DNA of 64,000 nucleotides from Longimicrobiales bacterium (GCA_965202985.1 CBDBCF010000001.1:1920001-1984000), one strand, 5' to 3'; positions 50,272 to 60,646 are shown, numbered from the stretch's first letter. The notes: a model not told the origin generated them from the sequence alone. Program-made: numbers and translations.

Positions 50272-50891
50272 ATGACGGAGCGCCCCAAGCGCCCCCGCAG
50301 GCATGACGAGGTCCTCAAGTCGTTCTTCGCCCACCCCCTCGCCGCCCGGTCGCTCGTCCGCGACTTCATGGCCCGCGGCTGGCACCGCGAACTTGACCTC
50401 GACTCGATCCGCGAACTGCCCACCGAGCACGTCTCCCCCGGACCCAAGCTCCGGCGCGGAACCTGGGTCGCGTGACCGAGGCGCTGGCTGCGCGCTACGG
50501 CGGTCTGGAGCACGCGGGCGTGCGTGAGGGCTACGCGATGTGGGCGGAAGAGGCGGCGCGGGCGATGGGCGTGGCGCGGGCGACGAGAGAGCGGATCGTG
50601 GAGCGGATCAGACACCCAAGGGAGGGATGCGGCATGTCCTGGCAGGCGGCGGAAGCAGCGGAGGAGCTCCGGCGAGAAGGCCGAGAGCAGGGGCTGGAAC
50701 AGGGGTTGGCCGAGAAGCGGGCGCTGGTGGTTCGGCTGGCGGCGCGGCGGTTCGGGTCGGGGACGGCGGAGCGGCTGCGTCGCATCTTGGCGGCGTCGGG
50801 TTCGGAGTTGGTGGACGAGGCGGCGGACGCCGTGGTGGACTGCGACACGGGCGACAAGCTGCTGGCGCGGACCGCGAACGGCCGCGGCTAA
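50272..50891 (+). pseudogene. Rpn/YhgA-like (recombination-promoting nuclease/transposase_31) remnant with internal deletion
   Basis: N-terminal HDEVLKSFFAHP...LDLDSIRELPTEHVS...RRG, then a frame change to the C-terminal GREQGLEQG...LAARRFG tail. The central PD-(D/E)XK region is missing. Confidence 0.7.
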
Positions 50892-50959
50892 CTGCGCTTG
50901 GAGCTGCGGCCGGACGAGAAGGCCGTCGGTGCGTGTCCGCGATGCCCCTGGGGTTTGCG

Positions 50960-53278
50960 TCAGCGCCGTCGGCCGATCACCACTAGTGGACAGTCGGTCG
51001 CCTGGGCCACGCGGACCACGAACTGACCGAAGGCTCCCCGCTTCCCGGCGCCGCCGTGCAGTCCCATGACCACCAATCCGGCGTCGTGGGCTTTGAAAGC
51101 GACCTGGACGGCAGCGTCGCTCGCGCCCACCACCTCGACACGCGCCTCGCCCGCAACTTCGTCCTTGGCCAACTCCATAAGCTCTCGGCGCGTGCGCTCC
51201 TGGTCGGCGGTGCCGGTTCCTTCCCCCACGACGCCCAGGAACGTCACCTCGCGGTCCCCCGTTCGCCCCAGGCTTCCGAGCAGGCGCGCCCGCACCGCAC
51301 TCTGGGCCCGACCGCCGCGAGACGGCACTAGGATGCGGCGGACGCGGTCCGGGTTCCAGTTGCCGGGAGCGCGCAGAACCACCACGTCGGCGTCCACGGA
51401 CGCGACCAAGCGCTGCAAGGGTCCCGCCACCGTGGGCTCGTCGGTGCGGCCCATCCCCAGGAGCACCATCTCGCAGCGGCTGGTGCGCGCCACCCGAGCG
51501 ATCTCCGCCCATGGGTCGTCGTGGACGGTGACCAACGCCTCGGGCCGAAGATCCTGCTCCAACGCGGCAGCCAAGGCACCGCCCAAAACCGCCTGGGCGC
51601 GCGCGGCCGCGTCCAAGCGGCGGCTCCCGTCCGCACCCATGACGGACAGTAGACGAACCCGGGAGACGTCGGGCGGCGCCATGGCCTTCGCCATCGTTAC
51701 CAACGCCTGGGCTCGGGCCGGATTGGCGATCGGCACCAGGACCACCGGACGGCGCCCGCGGAGCTTGACCATCTCCGGATCGCGTCCCTCGGCAGAGGCG
51801 TCGACCGATCGCGCCCGCGGCGCCAAGTAGAGGGCGTACAACACCGCCCCGGCCCCTAGCCAAAGCGCCGCCAGCACGCCTGCCGACGGAACCGCCACGG
51901 CCTGGAAGAGGCCGATAGCCAGGCAAGCGCCGCCTCCCGCCGCGGGCGCCAACGGAAACCATGGCGTGCGGAAGCCCTTGCCGGAGCCGGTCCGACGACG
52001 CGCCAGGTAGGCGATCCAGTGCGTCGCGGCGAAGCTGGTCAGGAAGATGAGGCTTGCGACCGCGCCCGCAGCAGCCACGCCGGGCACCGCCACGATCAGG
52101 AGGGCCACGACCCCCGAGGTCAGGCGGACGGCGGCCACTGGGGCGCCCGTGCCGGAGGCCAGTCGGCCGAACCGTTCCGGCAGCGTCCGGTGCGACGCCA
52201 TCGCCGAAGCGAAGCGCGACGACGCCAACAAGTTGGCCTGCAGCGCCGACAGCATGGACAGGAGCCCGGCGACCACGACCAACCAGTAGCCCGCCGGCCC
52301 CATGAAGTTTCGCGCGGCCACGGCCACGAGGATCTCCGGGTTCGCGGCGGCCGTCTCCGCCACGGGTCGATCCGGCGAGCCCACGGCGACGATTAGGAAG
52401 AGGAGCGGCAGGTAGATGGCCAGGGCCGTCCCCAGCGAGAAGAACATGGCGCGGGGCACGTTGCGGCGCGGATGGCGGACCTCTCCGCCCACGGCGGCGA
52501 TCAGGTCGAACCCTTGGAGCGCGATGAACGTGTAGCCCATGGCCTGCGCCAGCCCCACGCCGCCCTCGGCGAAAAACGGCCTGAACCGACTGGCCAAGCC
52601 CTGCGCCGCGACATCTCCCGGAGCCTCCGCGAGCCCGCCGAGCAGCACCCAGGATCCGGCCGCGACAAGCACGGCGAAGACGACGACCTTGCCCACCGTC
52701 GCCCATTGGCCGCCCCCCGCCGCGGACCGGGAAAGGCGCCACGCGTAGAAGGCCACGGCCCCCAGGGCGTAGGCGACAAGCGCGAACCGTCCGCCCAGCC
52801 AAGCCGGAGGCTCGCCGCCGACCGCGCGGACCCCAAGCTCCAAGCAGGGGACCAGAAAGACGGCGAACCCCATGGCGTACAGGACGGCGGCCACCACCGA
52901 CGCGAACCACACCACCCAGCCCGTTGCGAAGGCGGCTTCGACGGTGAGGACCTTCCGGGCGTATGCGTAGGTCCCGCCGGACTGCGGGAAGCGCACTGCA
53001 AGCTCGGCGAACGAGCAGGCCGTCACGAGCGCTATGGTGCCGTTCAGGGCGAAGGCCAGGATGGCGCTGGGCCCCGTGGCGGCGAAGGCCACGCCCGCCA
53101 GCGCCAGGATGCCGCCGCCCACTATCGCGCCCACGCCCACGCCCGTGGCTCCCAGCAGTCCCAAGTGGCGAACCGGCTCGGGGCGGCCGGGCCCGGTTTC
53201 GCCCAACGCGCCCAATCCACCGTCCCCTCGCGACGGGGTTCCCGGCCCCGCGCCCGACGCGCCGCTCAAGCTCTTCAT
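50960..53278 (-). CDS. APC-family amino acid permease with C-terminal USP-like domains
   Basis: LGLLGATGVGVGAIVGGGI, FAELAVRFPQSGG, GFDLIAAVGGEV, VLVPIANP and ILVPSRGG. Confidence 0.85.
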   Translation of the reverse strand: MKSLSGASGAGPGTPSRGDGGLGALGETGPGRPEPVRHLGLLGATGVGVGAIVGGGILALAGVAFAATGPSAILAFALNGTIALVTACSFAELAVRFPQSGGTYAYARKVLTVEAAFATGWVVWFASVVAAVLYAMGFAVFLVPCLELGVRAVGGEPPAWLGGRFALVAYALGAVAFYAWRLSRSAAGGGQWATVGKVVVFAVLVAAGSWVLLGGLAEAPGDVAAQGLASRFRPFFAEGGVGLAQAMGYTFIALQGFDLIAAVGGEVRHPRRNVPRAMFFSLGTALAIYLPLLFLIVAVGSPDRPVAETAAANPEILVAVAARNFMGPAGYWLVVVAGLLSMLSALQANLLASSRFASAMASHRTLPERFGRLASGTGAPVAAVRLTSGVVALLIVAVPGVAAAGAVASLIFLTSFAATHWIAYLARRRTGSGKGFRTPWFPLAPAAGGGACLAIGLFQAVAVPSAGVLAALWLGAGAVLYALYLAPRARSVDASAEGRDPEMVKLRGRRPVVLVPIANPARAQALVTMAKAMAPPDVSRVRLLSVMGADGSRRLDAAARAQAVLGGALAAALEQDLRPEALVTVHDDPWAEIARVARTSRCEMVLLGMGRTDEPTVAGPLQRLVASVDADVVVLRAPGNWNPDRVRRILVPSRGGRAQSAVRARLLGSLGRTGDREVTFLGVVGEGTGTADQERTRRELMELAKDEVAGEARVEVVGASDAAVQVAFKAHDAGLVVMGLHGGAGKRGAFGQFVVRVAQATDCPLVVIGRRR

Positions 53279-53389
53279 GACGTGAACGATAGCCCGTCGG
53301 CGCCGCCCTGGAACTTGCTTGGCCGCCTGTTCCCACGTCCGGTGCCGGCGACGGCCACTTGGCGGTTCAGCGGGCGCTCCTCGTGCTTC

Positions 53390-54934
53390 CTACAAGTACG
53401 TCTCCGGCGGCATCCCGAAAACGTTGTCCACGATCTTCCGGGCTTGGGGCGGGACGCCTTCCACGGACGACGGAATGCCCCTGGCCCGGATCGCTTCCAC
53501 CACGCGCTTCAGCACCATCGCGCCGGTCAGGTCGATGCGGCCCAGTCCGTCCAGGTGGATCACCACCGACGACACCGTCCCCGCCACGGTGAGGCGTCCC
53601 ATCAGGGCCTCCTCCAGCCGCGGCGCCGACGCGAACCACAGGATCCCCATGACCTCCAGGTGGAGCACATCGCCCTCCATCCAGCTGGCGAACCCGGCCC
53701 GGCGCTCCCGCCACACGTGGATCGCCAGCGACAAGAGGATCCCCAGCAGCAGCGCCTGCTCGATGCGCGGCGACAGCAGCAGGCACATCGCCAAGGTGAA
53801 CCAAACGACCAAAGCCTGCACCCGCGACAACGCCCACACCTTGGCCAGCAAGCTCGGGCGCACCAGCCCCACCACGGCGGCGATCACGACCCCGGCCAGC
53901 ACGGCCTTGGGCAACGAGGACAGGACCCCGGCGAAAGGCAGGAAGACCAGGACGACGGCGCCGGTGACAACGCCCGACCAGCGGGAGTTGGCGCCGCAAA
54001 GGTGGTTCAAGTTGCTGCGCGAGAAGGACCCGTCCACGGGCATGCCGCCGAACAGTCCCGAGGCGGCGTTGGCGGCGCCCTGGGCAAGGAACTCGCGGTC
54101 GGGACTCCATCTGACTTGGTCCCGGCCCGCGAAGCTGCGCGCGATCGCCGTGGATTCGGCGAACCCCACCAAGGCGATCACGACGCCCGGAAAGACCAGC
54201 TGGGGCAGCTCGGCCCAAGGCAGCGCAAGCGACGGAAGGGGCGGGGCGCCTGGCACGCGACCGACCACGGGGCCGCCGTAGCCCAGCCAGAGGGAGACCG
54301 CGATGCCGGCGGCCACCGCGATCAGGGCGCCGGGAAGGTGAATGTGGACCTTCCGGGCCGTCAGGGTCACGGCGGCGGTGCCGGCGGCAAGCGCGATCGC
54401 CGCCCAGTTCCACGATCCGGGGCTGGCCAGCAGGCTGAACATGTTGCGCACCGGTCCGTCGCCCGGAGGCGCCGCCACGCCCAGGGCCGACGGCAGCTGC
54501 GACAGGAGGATCAGGATCGCCGCGCCGGAGGTGAAGCCACGCAGCACGGGTTGGGACATGAGGTAGGTGACCTTGCCCGCCTGCATGAAGCCGATGGCGA
54601 CCCGCGTGACGGCCACCACGAGCGCCAGCAAGGCCGCGCCGCCCACGTACTCGGGGCTGCCGGGCACGGCGATCGTCACCAGGGCGCCGTGGGTGAGCAG
54701 GGCCGTGAGGGCGACGGGACCCGTCTGGACGTACGGGCACGACGCCAGAACCCCGGCGAAGAGCAGCGGCAAGGCGGAGGCGTACAGGCCGTGGACGGCG
54801 GGCAGGCCGGCCAGCTCCGCGTAGGCCATGCTCTGCGGGATCAGCAGCATGGCGACGCTGATCCCCGCCACCACGTCCGCGGACGACGCCCGACGCTCGC
54901 GCCACGGATGGTCGCCGACGACGGGGCGCTTCAC
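53390..54934 (-). CDS. SulP-family anion permease with STAS domain
   Basis: DVVAGISVAMLLIPQSMAYAELAG, GLYAS, GSFSRS, and STAS-like GILWFAS..IDLTG. Confidence 0.9.
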   Translation of the reverse strand: MKRPVVGDHPWRERRASSADVVAGISVAMLLIPQSMAYAELAGLPAVHGLYASALPLLFAGVLASCPYVQTGPVALTALLTHGALVTIAVPGSPEYVGGAALLALVVAVTRVAIGFMQAGKVTYLMSQPVLRGFTSGAAILILLSQLPSALGVAAPPGDGPVRNMFSLLASPGSWNWAAIALAAGTAAVTLTARKVHIHLPGALIAVAAGIAVSLWLGYGGPVVGRVPGAPPLPSLALPWAELPQLVFPGVVIALVGFAESTAIARSFAGRDQVRWSPDREFLAQGAANAASGLFGGMPVDGSFSRSNLNHLCGANSRWSGVVTGAVVLVFLPFAGVLSSLPKAVLAGVVIAAVVGLVRPSLLAKVWALSRVQALVVWFTLAMCLLLSPRIEQALLLGILLSLAIHVWRERRAGFASWMEGDVLHLEVMGILWFASAPRLEEALMGRLTVAGTVSSVVIHLDGLGRIDLTGAMVLKRVVEAIRARGIPSSVEGVPPQARKIVDNVFGMPPETYL

Positions 54935-55812
54935 GAAACCGCCACCGTCGCAGCCGAGCGTTCTTCTTGCGCCAGCCGGGCCAGAAGAGCGGCAGCCGCC
55001 GAGGCCCGCCCGGCCCACCACGCCGCGACCGGTTGCGGCCCCCGCCCAGCCAAGCGGTCCGCCCACCGGCGGGCGTGTTCGGCCAGCCAAGCCAGCGTCC
55101 CGGCCGCGTCTTGGGCCAAGAACCCGACCAGGGCGTACCGACGTTCGCCCGCCCGACAGGCCAGCCCCAAGTCGCCCGCCAGCCGGTTCAGGTCGTCGCG
55201 GGTCACGATCATGCCGGCGCGCACCGGCGCCAGCAGGCCGCGGGCGAACGCATCGCCGCCCTGCGCCAGGGGGTCGGGAAGCTCCGGGGCCTCGCGCAGC
55301 GCAATGGGCAGGTAGTCCGGCAGCTCCAAGTCGCCCTCGAAGGCGTCCACGGCCTGCTCAAGCAACGCCGCCCAGGCCTCGTGGAAGGGCGACCCGCAGT
55401 GCTCGAAGCTGGTCAAGTAGGGTCGAATCCAGGGCGACAGGTGTTCCCAAGCCAAAGTGGTCCGCGCCTGAGCCAAGAGGAGCGCCGCCGCCCGATCTCC
55501 GCCGCCGACCTCCTCTTTGCGCCACTCGCCCAGCCCCGCCGCCAGGGCCAGGAGCGACGCCAAGTGGTCCGGCTCGGGACAGGCGTCCAGCTTGAGCGCC
55601 TGCCGAAAGCCGGCGATGCGGTCGCGGACTTCGCCGCCGATCATCCCGTCCGCACCCAGGTAGATCGATGCGCAAGGCCGCCGCTGGAACGCGATCACCC
55701 GCCCGTGAACGGCCGGCGTCGGCGGCGTCGGCAGGTCCAGCGCCGTCGCCACCGCTCCGTGCTCCCCCGAAGGCGCCTCGATCAGCGAGCCGAGCGCGCG
55801 AAGCAGCTCCAT
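54931..55812 (-). CDS. TorD/DmsD-family molybdoenzyme chaperone
   Basis: PCASIYL, EPDHL and WEHLSPW; directly downstream of the molybdoenzyme. Confidence 0.78.
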   Translation of the reverse strand: MELLRALGSLIEAPSGEHGAVATALDLPTPPTPAVHGRVIAFQRRPCASIYLGADGMIGGEVRDRIAGFRQALKLDACPEPDHLASLLALAAGLGEWRKEEVGGGDRAAALLLAQARTTLAWEHLSPWIRPYLTSFEHCGSPFHEAWAALLEQAVDAFEGDLELPDYLPIALREAPELPDPLAQGGDAFARGLLAPVRAGMIVTRDDLNRLAGDLGLACRAGERRYALVGFLAQDAAGTLAWLAEHARRWADRLAGRGPQPVAAWWAGRASAAAALLARLAQEERSAATVAVS

Positions 55813-58800
55813 TCACTCCGCGTCGCCGCGGTCGCCGTCCTCGGGCAGCCGGAACGCCTTTCGCTCGGGCCTCACGGGGCGCAGCAGCCAGTAGGGCCGA
55901 CGATCGCCGTTCGGGGAGTGGTCGCGGGCGGAGCGGGCCAGCTCCAGCCACTGGCGGAACTCGCGCCGGGCCTTGGCGGTGTCCGCCGACACGTCGCCGT
56001 AGCGGTCGCCGGGCCGGGCGCGCCGGATGCGAACGGCCTGGTGCCAGCAGTGGGCGCCGGAAACGGGGTCGGGTTGGACGGGGAAGGTCATGTTCTGGTG
56101 CACGCCCACGTCGGTCCACCAGATGCGCGACGTGTCCTCGTCCGACGACCGAAAGCCCCCCCCTGCGTTCTTGCGCCCCATGCTCCAGCGGCTGTCGTCC
56201 CGGTCCATCGACACCGTGGCCAGCGACTGGCGCGCCGCCCCGCGGGTCGGGCCGGAGTGCGTCTCCGCCCTCGACAGCCGCGCCTCGTCCGGCGAATTGC
56301 CGTTCGGCACGGGGGCCGGTTCGTCCAGCTTCCAGCGCCCCATGTGGTGCGAGCACGCCGCCACCCCGGGATGGATGCCCTCGGTGACCCACGCCTTCGC
56401 CACGAAGTGCCCGATCCGCGTCTCTACACGCACCAGGTCGCCCGTCTCCACGCCCACCCGGGCGGCGTCTCGGGGGTGCAGCCATACGGGGTTGGTGTGG
56501 GCGATCTCGTTGAGCCACTTGGCGTTGGCGCTGCGCGTGTGGATCTGCACCGGCAGGCGGAACGTCGAGATCAGGCACATCTGGTCGCGGTCCATGTTCT
56601 GCCGGTGCACGTGGCTGCGCGCATAGGCCGGCACCGCCATCTCGGGCCACCCCCACTCCGCCAAGGTGCGCGACCAGAACTCCAGCCGCCCCGACGGCGT
56701 GGGGAAGCCGCGCCGAACCGCGCCGCCCACCTCGACGCCGGCCCGACGCCGGCCCTCGCCGTCGCCCTCCACCGGCGGCATCGGCACCACGTTGCTCGAA
56801 GGGCGCGCCGGCGCCCGCGTGAACACCCGGCCCGCCGCGTCCACGCGCGCGTCGTCCAGCTCCTCTTCCGGCACGACGGCCTCGTGCAGGGCGCCCACCT
56901 TGCGGTCGATCTCGAAGGCGCCGTAGCGCCGCATGTACTCAAGGGGCGACAAGCCCTCGCGCGCGGCCCGCTCCGGCAGCCCCGGCACCGAGTGCTCGAA
57001 CAGCCAGCCGTAGTACTCGTCGACGCCCAGCTTCTTGCCGGGCCGCTTCCTGGACTCGAAGAAGCCGCGGATACCCTGCGAGCCGTCCGGGTCGATCCGC
57101 CACGTCAGCTCGATCCAGAACTCGTTCTCTTCCCACACTTCGCCCGGGTTGGCGCCCAAGGTGGCGGTCACGTCCTCTCCCAACCGCTCGCGGGCCGTCC
57201 GGAGCACCGGCTGGCGGAAGCCGATCCACCGCCCGTCGTACTGCTCGTACGAGGTCAGGTCGTGGCGCTCCGCCGAGTGTCCCATGGGAAGCACGTAGTC
57301 GGCGAAGTAGGCGGTCTCGTTCCAGGTGGGCGTCAGCGCCACGTGCAGGCCGATGCGCTCCGGGTCGGCCAGCATCTCGATCCACGAGAAGCCGTCCGGG
57401 TTGGTCCAGACCGGGTTGTAGACGCGCGTGAAGTACACGTCCAGGCGCCCGTCGCGCTCCGCTGTCAGGTGGGGCAGCAGGAACGACATCTCCATCAGGC
57501 TCAGCGGATAGTCGCCGGGCCACGTCAGGTCGTTCCACTCTTCCGGATGCCGGGCCGGCATGCGAATGGGCCGGGGCACGTACTTGTTCCAGGCGTTCGG
57601 GTAGGTGCCGCCGGGGACGGCCACCGCGCCGGTCAGGGCGTTGAGCAGGAACAGGCAGCGGGCGACTTGCCAGCCGCCCAGGTTGCCCGCCGCAGCGCTC
57701 CGCCAGTTGTGCGTGGACAGGCGGGCGCCGGCGCCGGCCACGAGCTCGGCCACGGCCTCGATCGTGGAGGCGGACACGCCGCTCTCCGCCGCCGCGAACT
57801 CGAAGGTGTACTCGTCGTAGAGGCGGCGCAGAGCCTGCTGGAAGGCGGCGAAGTCGGGCGGCTCGTCCGGGTGGTTCTCCTCCATGTACTCGCGCCAGTT
57901 CCACCAGCGCTCCACGAAGGCGGCGTCGTAGCGCTCCGAGCGGATCAGGTAGGCGGCCACGGCCAGGAGCACCGCCGCTTCCGAGCCCGGGTAGGTGGAC
58001 AGCCATTGGTCGGCGTGGGTGGCCGTGTTGGACAGCCGGGTGTCGAAGACCACCAGCTTGGCGCCGTTGCGCTTTCCCTCCATGACCCGCTGGGCGTGCG
58101 GGTTGAAGTAGTGGCCGGCCTCCAGATGGCTGCTGACCAGCAGGATGACGCGGGCGTTGGCGTGGTCCGGGCTGGGACGGTCCATGCCCATCCAGAAGTG
58201 GTACCCGGCGCGCGCCCCCGAGGAACAGATGTTGGTGTGCGAGTTGTGGCCGTCCACGCCCCAGGCGGCCAGCATCCGCTCGGTGAAGCCGTCCTCGCCC
58301 GGCCGTCCCACGTGGTACATGATCTGCCGGCGCCGCCCCTCGTCGATCGCCTTCCGTATGCGGCTGGCGATATCGTCCAGCGCCTCGTCCCAGGTCGTCC
58401 GCTCCCACTTCCCTTCGCCACGGGCGCCGGCCCGCCTGAGCGGATGGAGGATACGATCCGGGTCGGTCAGCTGCGTGACCGTGGCCGGCCCCTTGGCGCA
58501 GTTCCTCCCCCGCGAGCCCGGGTGCTCCGGGTTCCCCTCGAACTTGCGCACTTCCAGCGTCTCGCGGTCCACGTACGCCAGCAACCCGCACGCCGACTCG
58601 CAGTTGAAGCACGTGGTCGGGACCAGCATGTAGCGGCGCTCCACGCGGTCCGGCCAAGCCTTCGAGTCCAGCTCCACCCAGTCGCTCCACCGCTCCTTGG
58701 GCGGGTACGCGGCCAAGTGGACCCGACTGGCGCCGGGGTAGAAGGTCTCGCCGCGCGCCTCGACGTCGGCCTTGGCGGCGGAAACGCGCGCCTCCAAGCG

Positions 58801-58818
58801 GGCCAGGGGCGCGTTCAT
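55813..58818 (-). CDS. DMSO-reductase-family (Mo/W-bisPGD) catalytic subunit, Psr/Ttr/Soe-like, no Tat signal
   Basis: CFNCESAC...GRNCAKG (FS0), HTNICSS, WNETAYFADYVLP, TPSGRLEF and HTRSAN. Confidence 0.88.
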   Translation of the reverse strand: MNAPLARLEARVSAAKADVEARGETFYPGASRVHLAAYPPKERWSDWVELDSKAWPDRVERRYMLVPTTCFNCESACGLLAYVDRETLEVRKFEGNPEHPGSRGRNCAKGPATVTQLTDPDRILHPLRRAGARGEGKWERTTWDEALDDIASRIRKAIDEGRRRQIMYHVGRPGEDGFTERMLAAWGVDGHNSHTNICSSGARAGYHFWMGMDRPSPDHANARVILLVSSHLEAGHYFNPHAQRVMEGKRNGAKLVVFDTRLSNTATHADQWLSTYPGSEAAVLLAVAAYLIRSERYDAAFVERWWNWREYMEENHPDEPPDFAAFQQALRRLYDEYTFEFAAAESGVSASTIEAVAELVAGAGARLSTHNWRSAAAGNLGGWQVARCLFLLNALTGAVAVPGGTYPNAWNKYVPRPIRMPARHPEEWNDLTWPGDYPLSLMEMSFLLPHLTAERDGRLDVYFTRVYNPVWTNPDGFSWIEMLADPERIGLHVALTPTWNETAYFADYVLPMGHSAERHDLTSYEQYDGRWIGFRQPVLRTARERLGEDVTATLGANPGEVWEENEFWIELTWRIDPDGSQGIRGFFESRKRPGKKLGVDEYYGWLFEHSVPGLPERAAREGLSPLEYMRRYGAFEIDRKVGALHEAVVPEEELDDARVDAAGRVFTRAPARPSSNVVPMPPVEGDGEGRRRAGVEVGGAVRRGFPTPSGRLEFWSRTLAEWGWPEMAVPAYARSHVHRQNMDRDQMCLISTFRLPVQIHTRSANAKWLNEIAHTNPVWLHPRDAARVGVETGDLVRVETRIGHFVAKAWVTEGIHPGVAACSHHMGRWKLDEPAPVPNGNSPDEARLSRAETHSGPTRGAARQSLATVSMDRDDSRWSMGRKNAGGGFRSSDEDTSRIWWTDVGVHQNMTFPVQPDPVSGAHCWHQAVRIRRARPGDRYGDVSADTAKARREFRQWLELARSARDHSPNGDRRPYWLLRPVRPERKAFRLPEDGDRGDAE

Positions 58819-60506
58819 GCCAGCGGGACCGATTGGCCGGCCTGCACGTAGGCGTGTTCGTAGGCCAGCAGTCCGACAAGTCCGGCCACTGCGGCGCCCA
58901 AGCCCCACCCCGCGCCCAGTCCCTGCCCGGTCTCCATCCCCAGCCCCACCCCCAACCCAGCCTCCGCCCCCAGTCCCACCCCAACCCACGCCGCCGCCGC
59001 GCCGGCTAGCGCTCCCAAGACGCCGACGCGGAACCACGCGCGGTAGCGCCCGCTCGTCATTTCGCGCTCGGCCTGCTTGGCGTGCGCCGTGGGGGCCGGC
59101 ATGAGCACCTCGCCCGCCAGCATCAGCAGGTGGCCCCCGCTCGCCACGCCGAACACCAGCAGAGCGTGGCCGTACACGCCGCTCCCGACCCCGGCGGCCA
59201 GCGCCAAGAGCGCCGTCGCGGCCCCGCCCGCCAGCAGCGCTTGGACCAGGAAGTGGGCGGGCAGCAAGGGGTTCTGCCATAGGTCGCGGGCCTTGGCCTG
59301 TCCGAAGAGGAACGCCGTGTAGACCGCCGCCAGCACGGCCAAGGGGCCGCCCAGCCAACCCAGCCACGCCGGAGGCGGCGCCGGGCCGGAACCCAGGACG
59401 AAGTGGAGCGCCAGCAGGACGCCGTATGCGCCCAGGACGAACCCGCCCCGCACCAGCCAACTGCGCCATTGAGGCCGCTTGAAGAGCAGCAGGCAGCGCT
59501 TCGGGTGTTCCAGGTCCCAGATCAGAAGGCCGCCGGTCAGGGCCAGAAAGACTGCCGCCACCGCCGGCGCCCAGGCGCGCCACAGAGAACCGTCGGCGGG
59601 CAGCACGCCAAGCAGCACCAGCAGGAGGGGGACCAAGTACGCTCCCGCGGAGATCGACTTCGTCCACGTGTACAGCGAGACGCGAAAGTCCCAAGGGGCC
59701 TTGCGGGGCACGTCGTAGCTGACCACGGCGGCGGCGGACGAGTTCCAGGCGGCGGCTCCCTGGGCGGTTCTTCGGCCGGCAGCCTCCCCGGCGGCGGCGC
59801 GACGCCCAGCTCCTCCTCCGCCCTTGCCCCGGCCGCTGCGCCCGCCCCTAGTCGCCTCTTGTTCGCTCCACATGAACAGCCCGCCGCCGGGGCGCCGGGC
59901 GGCCAGGGGGTCCAGCGCCGCTTGATCCGCGCCCTTGTAGAACAGCTTGGGCCGCGTGCGCTTCTCGGGCCGGCGGACCGTCACCGAGTCCCGGTGAACG
60001 ACCTTGGCCACCTGCGACTCCAGATCGTTCAAGTCGCCCACCAGCAGCGCCTCGGTCGGACAGACCACCACGCACGCCGGCTCGAGTCCCATGTCCAAGC
60101 GATGCGCGCAGAAGTTGCACTTCTCGGCCGAGTGGTCCGCCGGGTTGATGAAGATCGCGTCGTACGGGCACGCCGCGATGCACGCCTTGCACCCGATGCA
60201 CGCGCTCTTGTCGAAGTCCACGATCCCGTCGGCGCGCCGGAACATGGCGGAGGTGGGGCACGCGTCCACGCACGGGGGTTCCTCGCACTGGTTGCACCGG
60301 GTCACCTGGAACGAACGCTTGGCTTCGGGAAAGACGCCGGCGTCCACGTACTTCACGAAGGTGCGCGTGACCGACAGCGGGACTTCGTTCTCCGACTTGC
60401 AGGCCGTGGTGCAGGCGTGGCAGCCGATGCAGCGCGACTGGTCCACCACCTTGGCCCACGAGGGACCTGGCGCGCGAGCGGCGGAATCGAGTTCGGCGGA
60501 CGGCAA
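58815..60506 (-). CDS. 4Fe-4S dicluster protein fused to NrfD/PsrC membrane anchor (start uncertain)
   Basis: CIGCHACTTAC, CNQCEEPPCVDACP, CIGCKACIAACP and KCNFC, then DLEHPKR, SWLVRG and YTAFLFGQAKARDLW. Confidence 0.88.
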   Translation of the reverse strand: MPSAELDSAARAPGPSWAKVVDQSRCIGCHACTTACKSENEVPLSVTRTFVKYVDAGVFPEAKRSFQVTRCNQCEEPPCVDACPTSAMFRRADGIVDFDKSACIGCKACIAACPYDAIFINPADHSAEKCNFCAHRLDMGLEPACVVVCPTEALLVGDLNDLESQVAKVVHRDSVTVRRPEKRTRPKLFYKGADQAALDPLAARRPGGGLFMWSEQEATRGGRSGRGKGGGGAGRRAAAGEAAGRRTAQGAAAWNSSAAAVVSYDVPRKAPWDFRVSLYTWTKSISAGAYLVPLLLVLLGVLPADGSLWRAWAPAVAAVFLALTGGLLIWDLEHPKRCLLLFKRPQWRSWLVRGGFVLGAYGVLLALHFVLGSGPAPPPAWLGWLGGPLAVLAAVYTAFLFGQAKARDLWQNPLLPAHFLVQALLAGGAATALLALAAGVGSGVYGHALLVFGVASGGHLLMLAGEVLMPAPTAHAKQAEREMTSGRYRAWFRVGVLGALAGAAAAWVGVGLGAEAGLGVGLGMETGQGLGAGWGLGAAVAGLVGLLAYEHAYVQAGQSVPLA

Positions 60507-60646
60507 GGCGGAAGGAGGTCGCGGCGGCGGGCGGCTCGGGGGGACGGCCAAGGGTGGCAAGACAATATGACTAGAAGCCGCCGCGGTGCCAGCCTGGAGG
60601 GGCCGACGCTTCGCCCGGCCGGCAGCGCACCGTACCTTCACGGACC

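Noticed and set aside
54967..58851. Very long antisense/alternate-frame ORFs (e.g. 54967..58851 +, 5328..8477 -, 13026..15848 -, 50205..53336 -)
   Set aside because: Shadow ORFs typical of high-GC DNA. They are Arg/Pro/Gly-rich, have no motifs and overlap well-supported genes.
55813..59694. Apparent 1293-aa molybdoenzyme
   Set aside because: The N-terminal ~290 aa are an alternate frame of the NrfD gene. The likely start is ATG 58818.
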